Shown here: in pieces, positions 10,639 through 24,357 of the stretch
Position numbering within the stretch: position 1 is the first letter of the stretch
How the letters are laid out: each line of letters starts with the position of its first letter
NCBI GenBank assembly: GCA_951406725.2
Contig: OX597830.1
Span: 44,330,001 to 44,394,000, forward strand
Direction of reading: 5' to 3'
DNA length: 64,000 nt
Source of the DNA: Octopus vulgaris
Lineage: Eukaryota
Notes under the pieces: model-generated
Seen by the model: only the letters and a program-made list of their open reading frames with translations
Told to the model about the DNA's origin: nothing
Database searches by the model: none
Program-made: the position numbers and the translations under genes

Positions 10639-11406
10639 GGATCTTTTCACCTTGACCGGCAGATTTTAAAAATAATTTCTTTGTAACTAAACACTTTTAA
10701 ACTTCGTATATTGGTAGAATGTGTCACATAAAACATCTTTTTCTCTTGGCGTTCTTGAGAAAATTATGTAGTTTGTAAGCTATTTCTTGTTTAATTTCTT
10801 GTATTTCGGCTATTTCAACCAACCAATGACGTCTATTGAGGTGAATACAATTACTGCTGTTGTTTGCCAACAACTTCAACAACAACTTCCGGCGTTACGT
10901 GTATTTGTTTACATTTGAAGTAGAAGATCGTGATTTTCCGTAAAATTTTTATTTTTTTATATATGCGGGGTTAGGGTTAGGGGTGGGGGGAAGGGCATTT
11001 TTTTCTTCAGCAATGTAAATAAGCTGCAAATATAAACATTTTGTGACCATAAACTGATGGATCACTCGTAAACAGAGCTGGATAACAAAACCGTTCCTAT
11101 TTAGTGTCCACCCATAATTATGACCCTAGTATCGATCTCGAAATAGACACCACCGGAAGTTGTTGTTGAAGTTGTTGGCAAGCAACAGCAGTAATTGTAT
11201 TCACCTTAATAGACGTCATTGATTGGTTGAAATTGCCGAAATACAAGAAATTAAACAAGAAATAGCTTACAAACTACATAATTTTCTCAAGAACGCCAAG
11301 AGAGAAAGATGTTTTATGTGATACATTCTACCAGTATACGAAGTTTAAAAGTGTTTAGTTACAAAGAAATTATTTTTAAAATCTGCCGGTCAAAGTGAAA
11401 AGATTC
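10639..11406. mobile_element. Foldback-like non-autonomous DNA transposon with ~255-bp TIRs
   Basis: 10639-10893 is the near-perfect reverse complement of 11152-11406. The spacer contains GGGTTAGGGTTAGGG. Confidence 0.9.
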
Positions 11407-11579
11407 ACAATGTCGTAAATTAAAGAATTACATTCTATGTATGTAAAAATGTATGGAACATACTGATTGTATTTAACAGTTTTCTCAAACAGCCTGCGCC
11501 TTAAAAATCTTAATTAAATCTTCAATAGAGGGATTTGGTTCATTGACTGAAAATTACAATACATGCATTGATGATAATA

Positions 11580-11965
11580 ATGATTTCAAATTTTGGTACA
11601 AGGCCAGCAATTTCGGGGTAATGAGGTATGTCGATAACATTGACTGGTACATATTTATCGACCCCGAAAGGATAAAAGACAAAGTCGACCTCGGCGGAAT
11701 TTGAACTTTGAACATAAAGACAGACGAAATACCTATTTCTTTACTACCCACAAGGGGCTAAACACAGGGAGGACAAACAAGGACAGACAAACGGATTAAG
11801 TCGATTATATCGACCCCAGTGCGTAACTGGTACTTATTTAATCGACCCCGAAAGGATGAAAGGCAAAGTCGACCTCGGCGGAATTTGAACTGAGAACGTA
11901 ACGGCAGACGAAATGTTGCTAAACATTTCGCCCGGCGTGCTAAAGTTTCTACCAGCTCGCCGCCT
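11580..11965 (-). mobile_element. Meta/MESC-type SINE, family B (dimeric)
   Basis: Core GAGTTCAAATTCCGCCGAGGTCGACTTTGCCTTTCATCCTTTCGGGGTCGATAAA..AAGTACCAG. Other copies: 1850-2070, 22830-23030, 23255-23448, 30580-30975, 42322-42490, 52328-52743. Confidence 0.8.
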
Positions 11966-14454
11966 TACACAGTACATTTATTATGAAAAGAATACTTATA
12001 TATTTTGATGTTTATTAACACATACGAGAATGCATACAAATTGTTTAATGTACGTAACAATTGTTGGTACTTTTTGGCTATCTTACACCTATTAAAAAAT
12101 TGCCATAAAAATTGGGTAGTTTCCCCACTAAAAAGTTGAGTTTACGTGGCGACAAGAGATTGGATTAAAAGAGATCCTTTTGATTCGATACTTCAACACA
12201 TTGTTGACGTTTGGCCTCCTCAATATTTGTTATAAAATATTATCAGATTCAATAAGATGTTTCATTTTGCCACTTTTCATGTTTATTATTTTCTTATCAT
12301 ATTCTATTTGCTGTTTTTCTGTGCCTGGTCAAAAAACCGTGTTCTTTAAGTATTTATCTAATTTTTTGTCTCACTCGTATGTTGGTGCTTTCACGTTTTA
12401 AGTCTCTTTCTCTATAATGTCTATTACTTCAGTAATATTAACAATCACCAGTATATCCAGATAAGTATTACTATGAAAGCAAATATTCAGATTTTAAATG
12501 CACCGAAACTACGTTGATTCCGTATCCGAAAGCTGAGAGAGGATTTCTATGTCAAATTACCCTTTCTTGTCAATCATTTTCAAGCCGCCTCATTTTGATT
12601 TTTACTGTATACATTTCTAGCACACATGACACCCTATTGTTGCTTACTCACACATCATATATTCTTTTCAGTCATTGACTGTGGGTATGCTAGAGTACTG
12701 TCGTCAAGGGTATAGTTTATCACATTAACCTTTATGTACACACACACAACACGTACGTACGCACGCACACACGCACGTACGCTTCCTTTAAATGTGTATT
12801 ATTAAAAACCAAATTATTTTCATGTTCCATATCGGTTCATCAAGAAATTTCTAAATTCACGGTCTTGCCTTTAATGGGTGCATTAAATAGCTCTTGATGG
12901 CATGTGTTACATATGGTCAGTTTTATAACGACAGGCAAAAGAGTGATGTTTAGATAGTGATATAACCACCTCGATTTTAATTTTGACAATTGGAAATTTT
13001 TTCATCTATCAGGGTAAGATTTTGGGTTTGTTTCCAGGCGCTGTTGTGCTATAAATATAGCTTCCAAAATTCTTCTGGTGGTGAGGGTAATTCTGTCGAG
13101 AAATTGTTTTGTTTTCAACAATGTTTTCCTATTAAGTTTCGTTTTATGTTGTGTGATGTAATTTCATGGCAATGGTTTCTTGTAAATTCATTGCAGAATT
13201 GTTGAAAAATTGTTGTATTAGTATGGCTAAGTGATACTTACAAACATCCTTTCTACATAAGTTTGTTGGTAACTTTGGTTATCCATAGTTTGTCCATGTG
13301 ACAGCAACTACTTGATGGTAGATGTGCCATTTCTCCTGTTTCTCTTCTCTCCTTCTCATGCTCTAAACAGCCTAAACGTCTCTAAACAAAGAAGCTGTAA
13401 TAACTTCTACCCAGTCCTACTCAATATATTTACTTCTTATCTGGTTTTCCCAATGTGTCTTATTCCCAAATCTCACGCTGAACTTTTCACCATTAGTTCT
13501 ACACCTTTTCCTATTCTATAAACTTAATACTTTTGCTTTATAAAACTGCATTTCTCCTTTTTCTTTTCTTCACAATTTTCACAGAAACATTTAGTTCTTA
13601 TAAATCCATGCCACATTAGCTTTTGCGATTCCACTGGAGTTCCATGAACTATTATTATTTTCTTTTATTGAACTGAGATGTCAACAACAGTTCACAGTAG
13701 CTTCATGGGACTCCAGTAATATGACCAATATAAATTCAGAATGCAAAAAGCTGGAGCAGATATTACAAGGAGTCACTTTCTTTACTTGACTCCAAAAGAA
13801 TGAAGGGCAACGTTGACTTCAAGGTCCAGAGAACCAGAACAGATAATGCAAGGCTGTAACAACTCTGCCAATTTGCTGTACATCAAATAAATAGTATGCA
13901 TCAAAAATATCACGTTCTATTTAACATAATCTGTTCCATTGATCAAATGTTACCCAAACTGCTTTCTATACAGAAGAATCCACTAATACAGAGATTGTAT
14001 TCAGTAGATTCTATGAGCATTAATCGTTCTGATGGTGGTGCGGGATGTGGTCCAACGAACCGGTTTTCAAGTTTGATAAGTAATATGTTGAATCAACGGA
14101 TCACCTAAATCCTTGACTGAAACCAATTTACTTGGTTTATGCTGGTTTTTGAGAAAGGCATTAACATTCATCATTTAATTTCTTTCGCTGAAAAAAATTG
14201 TTTTCTTGAGTTTAAATTATCAATACTATGTTTAGCATCAAGGCTGGAAGGATACGTATCTTGACAAAATGTCAAATGGTTGAATCCCAATTAAGAGTGA
14301 ATTTGCTTTCCATTTCTCTGTGATCGATAAACGCAAGTGATATACTGTGATTGATTTACTGTATCTTCTTTTTTTTTTATTTAAAACCGATCAAATATCT
14401 AAGTTTATATATGTAAAGAGAAAAAAGCTAAAGTAGGAATTATTGTCTACTTAC

Positions 14455-14531
14455 ACATTATCAGATTTGGGGACGAACGTCTTACATTTTCTCATCTTTA
14501 TGTTTTCTAGTATCCATATTCTTTCTTCTTC
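14455..14531 (-). CDS. TRPM2: TRPM2-like exon: EEERIWILENIKMRKCKTFVPKSDN(V)
   Basis: Not in the ORF track. TTTCCCAG acceptor at 14533-14532, GT/GTAAGT donor at 14454, 77 nt, phase 0 to 2, fitting the 4359 exon. Matches the TRPM2 WI.ENIKK.EC..FV motif. Confidence 0.9.
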
Positions 14532-15639
14532 CTGGGAAATAAACAAGAACGCTATTGAATGTTAGAAGGAACGACGGGGGTTAGACTTATAGCTACAGAC
14601 ATTAAAACAATCACACAGTCTGAGATTTTTGCAATGGATTATAAGGGCAATGCATATTTCAACGAAAATAATACAAGAGATGTGACGGTAGCTGTAATTA
14701 ATCTGGAGATGATTCAGTAGAAGCGAGGTTGTTTCATCCAGTTTGTCTAGTCCATATTGCAACACGAAAACACCTTTCTATCTATTGTTTTTTTTTGTAT
14801 GACACGTTGGTTTGGAGTGTTGTGTGAGTGAATGATATCTACTTGGTGAAAATGTTGCTGCATGATGACAATGGAAGATAACCAGAGCAGAGAAAGACCA
14901 AGTGAGAGACAATGGAAGAAGTAGTGAACAGTGACCTGAGGATTCAGGATTTAGCAAATTAGGTGATGTACGATCAAGAAGTATGATGATATGCAATACA
15001 ACAGAACTACACAACATATGCCAGTGTAGACAAAATTGTCAAAACGATAATGATGATGATGATAATTAGTAATATGTAGGTTACTGCTTTCTTTTCCCTT
15101 GGAATGAGCAGGAAGTGAAACCGAGAATTCAAATGAGAATTCAGAACTATGCCTTTCTCAACTCAATGAAAGATAATCTATTACAAACACCCCGACCTTT
15201 CTGATGAGGCTTAAAAAGGGGAATAACATCGACATAAATGTACAGGCATGTCGACTTATGACAAACAAAAAATAAAATAAACAAGGCCCAAACCGTGTTA
15301 TGGTTGTGGCGAGTTGCACTTCAAAAGGGACTATCCCTTTAGGAATAAAGAATGTTTTGCTCTGGCAAAAGGGTGTCATATGTGCTGTGTTGAATGATCT
15401 ACGAGTTTGTCATCGTTGCTTTTTCTTTGTGGATTGTGTTACTCCGACTTGGATTTGCCTGTTGTGTTTTTTACCGTTAAGGTACAGTCGTTTGTTATTG
15501 AAAAATCTGTCCTGCTTGCAGGCTTGTCGAAAATTTGTGTGCCTCCCCTACGGGTGAATGGAGTGAACTGTTGTCATATTTACTGCCTTGAACTGTTTCT
15601 ATCACTCTCTGTAGAGTTTTAAAATATTTTTCTCGTAAG

Positions 15640-18600
15640 GTCGGAGTACCAAGCTTGCTATGGGATGTTGTCGGTCGACGGGGGGAGATGTTTACATCTC
15701 CCTACCAAGTGAGATTACATCTCAAAGAAATAACAAAACAATTATCTACAAAAGTTTTGATATTGAGAAGAAAAAATAGCGAACATTACAAAGGAAAAAA
15801 AACTGAAAAATAACTCGCGCCTATCCATGTGGTCCGAGGCCAAAAATTTGTTTCAATAGAAGTGAGGTCCAACTCAGTGGATAAAGCAAGGGGACACTCC
15901 GTGAAAACCCTTAAAAGAAAAGAAGTGGTACTACTCCCCTAATATCTGGGACGCAGAACGTCTTGGATTAAAATAGAGGAAGTGCCACCAGAGGTAGATA
16001 TTACAGGGCTAATAGCAGCATTCTGTTTCGAAAAAGAGGAACAATTAAACACTCTCCAAATAACCTGCTCTACCACCCCACCACCAAAAAAAAAATTGGT
16101 TAGGACAAAGCGTCGACCTATTAATTCAAGCCACTCCGGCAGACTTAGAAGAGATCCGCAATCGTATAATGATCAGGGAAGAAACTTTTAAAAATCCAAG
16201 TAGAGGGGCGAAAGCCCCAGTGTTTTAAATATGGCAGAAAGGACCACCTAAAAACAGAGTGTGGTACCAAAAAACGAGGGCTCCTCTGCTACCACAGGAA
16301 AGGAAAAGAAAACGGAACAACAACCAGAAAAAAGAAAGGACTCCCCCCACCAAAAAAAGAACGAAAGAAGAAAAAGGGAAGCACAAAGAATGACGAAGAG
16401 CAAGCAGCTGCGAATGAGGTTCCCTCTCCGGTGAATGACATGGAGGTCGTCGTGCCGGAGGAGTTCACGGAAGTCGCCCGCAAGTGACCAAAGAGACAAT
16501 GTCTGTCCCCTCATTCCCTCTCAACCCGCTACCCATAAAAAAGTACCACAGAACACACATCTATTTTCTTTTTGGATGGCTGGACTGAACGTCGGCTGTC
16601 TGAATATGCGTGACCTCAGTTTAAAGTGGAAACAAGCATGTTTCTACGACGACCTGAGGTCACATAGTATGGATGTGATTGTGGCTACAGAGACCAAGCT
16701 GGATGATCTACGAACCTTCTTGAGACTCTTAAATGCCTATAAGAAAATAATGTCCCCTGGCAAAACCAGAAGCCGAACAGGGGTTGTAGTGTTGCTCCGT
16801 AAAAGCTTGACCCTGCAGACAAGGACAATCTTTGTTGATCCAGAAAATGAGCTGGTCGTTCTCAGCTTGATACACAGTGGTAAGTGGTAAGGATTTCAGG
16901 TTGATCGGCATGTATGTGCCTTGTGGTGATGGCAAACAGATTTCTATCGACGACTCGAGAACTTTCTCGAGACGTCAAAAACAGTAGTCGTGTTAGGTGA
17001 CTTTATCGCTATTCTGGACGCACGTCAGGATAGCGTTGGCTTAGCAGATAGGAGAGGAAATCTACACCTCACCGATCTGCTTAAGCGTTTTCAACTGGCA
17101 GATCGTTACAGACTGGACCACCCGAGTGTCCCAGTGTGGACCTGGACTAATGGTGACGGGTCTCGAAGGTCTCAACTGGACAGGATAGTAGTAAGACGTT
17201 TTAGTTGTCTACAATTCATTTTGGTCTCCTACACGGGTCATAAATTAGTGACGTGTGGGGTGATATTAGATAGAATACATAGACAGGGATCCTGCTATTG
17301 GAAGCTGAACAAGGCTATTTTGTCTTGTGAAGCATACTGTAATCGGATTAAGGAGTTAGTTGAGAGGGCTTTAACTGGCACTGTGTTGAATAGCAGGTAG
17401 TGGTAGGTCCTCAAACGAGCTATACGCTTTGAGTCAATTAGGTTTAGTCGCCAGCTAAGTGTAGATAAAACTAGAATAGAGGGTGATTTACTTAAGGACC
17501 TAGAAGAGGTGTTGAGGTTGGGCTCTGCATTCCAAGTTGTGGTAGTGAGATCGGCCTTGCACTGACACCTCAAAGCCAAACACGAGGGATGCAGAGTTCG
17601 GGCAAAAGTATGCGTTGGGATGCGAGGGAATTAACGTTGCCGGATGGGCCCGTACGACAAAGACCTAGTGTGGCAACGATGCCATAATTCGGTCTTTGGT
17701 TAAAGAACAAGAATGTTTGGTCGAAGGACAGGACAAGATAAGTGAGGCCTTTTACAAGCATTTTGCCTAGTTGTTCGAGAGGAGCGGGGCGCTAGACCAT
17801 GGTGAATCCCTTCGAGACTTCCTGGAAGACGTCCCGCATCTATCGGTGCGAAAGGCCGAGTGCTGTGAAGGGCCAATTACAGTCAAGGAGGTCATTGAGG
17901 TATTTTCCAAGTGCCCCGAGGATAAGTCGCCGGGACTTGATGGTCTTCCCTATGAATTTTATAAAAGTATGCCAGACTTGTTCGGGCACATACTAGCTGG
18001 AGTCTATGCCAATGGGAGTCTATGCAGAATGGGAGTATTCCCAAAGCTGTGAGCCGGCTGGTGGCGATTGATTAGAAAAGATCTGAGCAAGGGGGACATT
18101 ATTAGTAATTTTAGGCCCATAACTCAGCTGAACACAGAGTTAAAGATTTTGGTCGAGTGTTAGCAAAGAGGTTGGCGCGGGTCGTGGGCGACTTTGTCGG
18201 GGAGACGCAAACTTGCGCCATTCCCGGCAGGACGACACACGACAATCTCCACTTCCTACGCTACACCTTAGAATGGGTTGGTAAAATTAATGGCAAAAAT
18301 GGGGCACTGGTACATTTAGATCAGTCTAAAGCTTTCGATAGGGTCAACCATCGGTACCTGGTGGCGGTTCTCGGGGTGGCGGAGCTGGGCCCGACTTTCC
18401 GAGGCTGGATCGCTGCTATATACAGCAACATCGAGTCTGTCGTCCGAGTGAATGGTTTCCTCTCGAAACCATTCGAAATAAAGCTCTCTGTTCGCCAGGG
18501 ATGTCTCCGCTTTTGTGTGTTCTAGCACTTGAGCCATTGCCGCGAAGGTTGGAGGCGATAAGGGGAAGCCCACGTGATCTGAGTGGTGGGCAGACGGCGA

Positions 18601-20160
18601 CTGCGTATGCAGATGACATCATCATCATCGTGTCTGTTGAAGGGCAGCTACCTTGTGTAGAAAACGCCATTAGAAGATATGAAGTGGTGGAAGGAGCAAG
18701 AATTAATCAAGATAAGTCAGTCGGCTTGTAACTCGGCACCTGGAGGGGTAAGTCAATGCCGTCCAATAACGTCGTGGGACGTTAGATGGCAGGTCCTGTT
18801 AAGATGCTAGGGGTATGGTTTGATCCAGATCTCCAGATAGAGAAGAATTGGGGTGAGGTAAGAAGCAAGGTAACTGCCCTAATCCAGATCTGGTCTGGAA
18901 GGGCATTATCGCTGCTATGAAGAGCGGAGGTGACGCAGGGGTTTACTGCATCCTTATCACCTATCGCTTGACCGTCGTGCCTTGTCCTGATCCGTCTCTA
19001 AACAAGTTGGAGAGACTCCTCTTCCGCTTTTTGTGGAAGGGTAGGCCACTTGTAAGGCGCTCTATATGCTGCCAAAAACCGTTAAAGGGTGGGCAAGGGA
19101 AGCCGTAGCTGAAAATGCGCAAATTTGCGCTGAGGCTTAGGCATCTCCGGCGACATCTTGATGGTGGGCAGCTATGGTCACCGCATGTGAAGCTCTTCCT
19201 TCCACAGTTGACTTCTTTCGGGATTTAGGTCCCTGGATCAGATGAAGACCTAGGCTGGGGGATTAGCAATTAGAGTACTAACAGGTACTCACGCTACTCC
19301 CGGACGGGCAATACCGGCAGCTAGAGTTCCACCGCGGGTTGGTAGAGTATATGTCAGACGATGCCTGGGGGAGACTCTGGGCCTCAATAGAAATCAGTTA
19401 GTCAACCTGTTGAGAAGGACTTTCGGGACGGGGTACCTGGATAATTACCAGAAATCACTGGTCTTGTGTTATTGATCGGCCTTATTTGTTCGGGAGAGGC
19501 TATCGAGGCACGGAGGTGCCGTCTCACTAACCTGTCTGAGATGTAGGTAGGACAGTGAAACTGTCCTGCACGCCTTCGTGGAGTGCGCGTGGTTAAAGGG
19601 ACTGATAGCCTATGTCGAACAACTGTTGTCGACGACAGGAAGAGTACAGCTATCGGCTAATTTGATTATGAAGATTGTCTCTGCCTCCTCCCTTAAGAGG
19701 AAGACCAGTTTTTTTGCATAGTAGCCATACTGAAAGAAACAGTATGGAAGACACGGGCGAAAGGAATCGTGACAGGTACCTTTATTTCCAGCTGAGGTCT
19801 AGTTACTTACTTTAACTATCACCTCAGAAGTAAGATCAGGCTAGAAAAGAGGTACCTGTCGCACAGTGTGTTTCGTAAAAGATGGCTGGATGTGGCGAGA
19901 AAGCTGAGAGTGGATGAAGCCCGTGAGTCCAACCATTCAATCAGAAAAAGGGGAACGTCGGTCAACGGCGGTGGGTCTACTGATCCAGGCAACTCACCAA
20001 TTTTTAATCGTATTCAATTCATTTATTCAAAATTTTTAACCCCACATACTGATATATTTTTTGTAATAAGTAACGAGAGACAAACTCGAACCCCTTTATG
20101 TTTTGTCTGTCCTTGTGCCGCCCCCTCTATGTTCTGCCATGCGTGGCAAATAAAAGAAAA
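15640..20160 (+). mobile_element. Near-full-length decayed Tx1/L1-clade LINE
   Basis: ORF1 remnant with a zinc-knuckle-like PQCFKYGRKDH. ORF2 APE (LNVGCLNMRDL, VATETKL, LGDFIA, SQLDRI, YWKLN) and RT (KSPGLDGLPYEFY, LDQSKAFDRVNH, SVRQGC, AYADDI). Many stops; AATAAA at the 3' end. Confidence 0.92.
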
Positions 20161-20342
20161 CTGTGTTATATGCGCAGTCATAGTGTATATGTGGTACGAA
20201 TGATCGAATAAAGATATCGTGGAGTGCTTGTTGGAGATATACAGTTGGAAAGTAATAAGAGAACATCAGGAACGTTTGATATTTTACCAGTTCAGATATA
20301 ACAGTGACGATGAGAAGTCGTACGCCTTATCAATACACACAC

Positions 20343-21170
20343 GCATACATACATACATACATACATACATACATACATACATACATACATACATACATAC
20401 ATACATACATACATACATACATGCATACATACATCCATCCATACATACATACATACATACATACATACTTGCATACATACATACATACATAAATACATAC
20501 ATACATACATACATACATAAATACATACATACATACATAAATACATACATACATACATAAATACATACATACATACATACATACATAAATACATACATAC
20601 ATACATAAATACATACATACATACATACATACATAAATACATACATACATACATACATACATACATACATACATACATACGTACGTACATACATACATAC
20701 ATAAATACATACATACATACATACATACATAAATACATACATACATACATACATACATACATAAATACATACATACATACATACATACATACATACATAC
20801 ATAAATACATACATACATACATAAATACATACATACATACATACATACATAAATACATACATACATACATAAATACATACATACATACATACATAAATAC
20901 ATACATACATACATAAATACATACATACATAAATACATAAATACATACATACATACATACATACATAAATACATACATACATACGTACATACATATATAC
21001 ATACATACATACATACATACATACATTCATACATACATACATACATACATACATACATAAATACATACATAAATACATACATACATACATACATAAATAC
21101 ATACATACATACATACATACATAAAAACATACATACATACATACATACATACATAAATACATACATACAT

Positions 21171-21222
<52 letters not shown>
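20343..21222. repeat. ~880-bp (CATA)n/(TAAA) microsatellite plus (CA)n
   Basis: Directly visible. Confidence 0.98.
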
Positions 21223-21225
<3 letters not shown>

Positions 21226-23044
21226 ATTGTATGTCTTTGTGTCTGTATTTGTGCTGACGTCGCCGTAACTTAGCGGTTTGGCAACTGTGTATCATCTGTA
21301 TACCCAGGAGATAACCAATAGCTTAAATAATTACGTAAAAGTTTTAAAAAAAAAGTGTGCTTGAAATAATTCCAGCTTTGGCGTTTCAGTTAGGGATTAA
21401 CTCTACAAGAATAAACCAAATTGAGAGGCTTTCGGTCCTGGGTGAACAGTAACATGGAAAAACTAGCATTACTCTAAAACTGCAGGGTCACAGTACATTG
21501 TCGAAGCTAACTGATGACGTCATCATAATTGAATAAAATTGATGCTAATTTCATGATTGAGGATAATTGAGAAACACACATCTGTTTGGTCATTAGGGTC
21601 GTTTATCATTGTGCATAAAAAATGGATACCACAATATCATTTAGGTTTTGTTTTAGAGTCAGAGAACGAAAAACTGTCATTTATGGACTTTTAAGCGGAA
21701 GAACTGGTCAGATATTCTTTCGTCCAGTCTAACAGGAAGTCTGGGAAACATGTATAAACAAGCTTAAATGACAGTGACCTATGCTAGAACCCATGGAAGG
21801 CAGAATCTTTATACCATCACATTCAGCTGAAAGAGATAAAAAAAAAAAAAGAGCAAAACGGAAGTTCACAAGAGAATCATTTGTCTTGATCTGCTTCACT
21901 TAAACGGGTTGCATGCAATTTATTACAGCGTTTATTTCACTTTTGAGGACAATTCAAATAAGCATTACATAATTAATTACCCTCCTATATACATAATTAA
22001 CTTGTGCTATTTAATCCATGTCATTGTAATGACTCTCCCTAAGTCACTCATCAAGTATGGAATGTAATTGTTTTCATATCTGAAATAACAAAACCGTTTT
22101 AATTCACTTGTTTCCCAGACTCGTTAAAAGCTGTGGTTCCCAATTCACTAAATGGCGTTTTGCAAATGCAGTTTTCCTATTTTTAGATAGAAATAAAAGA
22201 AATAGAAATTAAAAAAAACCCTACAAACTCAGCTGATTATTTTAACATAAACTAATTTATTCAGTTGTTAGTTTATTGTCTATATTATTTTCTTCTTTTA
22301 CTTGTTTCAGTCATTTGACTGAGAGCCATGCTGGAGCACCGCCTTTTATCAAGTAAATCGTCTCCATGACTTATTTATTCCTCATAAGCCTAGTACTTAT
22401 TCTATTGGTCCCTTTGGCCGAGCTGCTAAATTATGGGAACGTGAACACACCAATATAAGTTGTCAGGCGATGGTGGTGGTGGCGGTGGGGAAACACGCAC
22501 ACACTCACACACACACACGCACAGAGATTTATGACGGGCTTCTTTCAGTTTCCGTCTACCGAATCCACTCACAAGGCTTTGGTCGGCCCGAAGCTATAGT
22601 AGAAGACACTTGCCCAAGGTGCCATGCAGTGGGACTGAACCCGGAACCATGTAGTTGGGAAGCAAGTTTCTTATCACACAGTCACCCCTGCCCCATATAT
22701 GTCTATATTGTCTATACTAACCCTTCTAACATGAGCCTCTTTTTCGATATTAGTATGGATTGGTTCGCTTATGTTAAGTGTTTATGAAAATTACTAAAGT
22801 AAGCGAAGACTTATATAATTGTTTCACTTTTAGTCCAGTAATTTTAGGGAAGGGGATAAATCGATTATATCGACTCCAGTTCTTGACTTGTATTTATCTT
22901 ACCGACCCCGAAAGGAGGAAAGGCAAAGTCGACCTTGGTGGAATTTGAACTCAGAACGTAAAGGGCCGGAAGAAATGCTACTAAAGATTTTGTTCGATTT
23001 GTTAAGTATTCTACCAGTTCACTGTCTTAGAGGACGTTTTATAT

Positions 23045-23252
23045 ATAGAAATCTCTCGACTATCGCAGGTGTTACGTTCCCAAACCACTCCGCGATAAGT
23101 GAAAATCCGCGAAATAGAAACAGTACTGTATATATATTTTTAAATTATTTTTATAATTTGTATATACTTATTTTATTATAAATGAAAAACAACACCATGG
23201 AGGGATCGACGTAAGCATAAATAATAAACCGTGATATGGCGAGGGATTACTG
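23045..23252. mobile_element. Tigger/pogo-like MITE, degenerate
   Basis: Ends TAGAAATCTCTCGACTATCGC and GTGATATGGCGAGGGATTACTG (CAGTAATCCCTCG-type TIR). Confidence 0.55.
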
Positions 23253-23735
23253 AAATCCTTTCTGCTATAGGCAAAGGGCTCTGTAATTTTGGTGGAGGAA
23301 GCCAGTCGGTTGCATCGACTCCAATACTCAATTGGCACTTAGTTTATCAACCACAACCAGCAGTATTTGAATTCAGGAAGTAAAGACGGGTGACATGCTG
23401 CTAAACATTTTGTCCGGCGCGCTGACGATTCTACCAGGTCGCCGCCTTATAAGAAGATTATATAAAATTCAATTTGACCTTGGCACGTTGCCAATCATGT
23501 TTCTAATCATTGATACCACAATTCCCTACACATAATCTAATTCCGATAAAGATTTATCGTTTTTATCGTTTACTTGTTTCACTCATTAGACTGTGGCCTA
23601 GCTGGGGTACCGTCTCGAAGAATTTTTGTCGAACGAATCGACCCCAGGACTTACTATATTTTTGCAAAGACTGGTACTTATTCTATCGGTCTCTTTTGCC
23701 GAAAACACAAACCAGTACCGCTTCACACACACACA

Positions 23736-23806
<71 letters not shown>

Positions 23807-24325
23807 GACGAGCTTCTTTCCGTTTCCATCAACCAAAATGACTCAGAAAGCAGTGATAAATCTGGGGTTATAGTAGAGAAAAGAAACTTGCACAAGATGC
23901 CACGTAGTGAGACTGAACTCGGAACCAAGTGGCTGGGAAGCAAACTTGCCAAACAGCAATGCCAGCCAAGAGAAAAATCGACCACAGTAGGATTCGGAAC
24001 AAATACCGCGAAGAATTCTGTAACGTCTTTGCCAATTCACTTATTAAAAAAATTGTTTAGAACTTCTTAAAATGAGAAAAAAATCGTTTAAAATAGAAAT
24101 ATTTTATTTAGTTTCAATATTTTAATCTTATGAAAAATCGTTTAAAATAGAAATATTTTATTTAGTTTCAATATTTTAATTTTATGAAAAATCGCTGCCC
24201 CACCCTTGGAGCTCCTGTGATATTTGTCGTCACAACGCCTCAGTGGCGTCACTACTGGCCAATTTAGAAGAATGTCAGAAGACTCTTCAATGCTTGCTTC
24301 ATTGTTATACTGTATAAGCCTCTTA

Positions 24326-24357
<32 letters not shown>

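Noticed and set aside
10967-10990. TTAGGG repeats as an interstitial telomere
   Set aside because: Only about 2.5 units, and internal to a TIR element.
12850-13300. Minus-strand RRILEAIFI motif, a possible ancient GIY-YIG remnant
   Set aside because: Too short and degenerate to support a call.
20284-21295. Long ORFs of 240-320 aa (also 37345-38116, 41065-42083, 47885-48448, 58570-59144)
   Set aside because: Stop-free translations of CATA, TA, TG and CCTA microsatellites, not genes.
24072-24195. ~54-bp direct tandem duplication
   Set aside because: Simple AT-rich local duplication with no sign of function.
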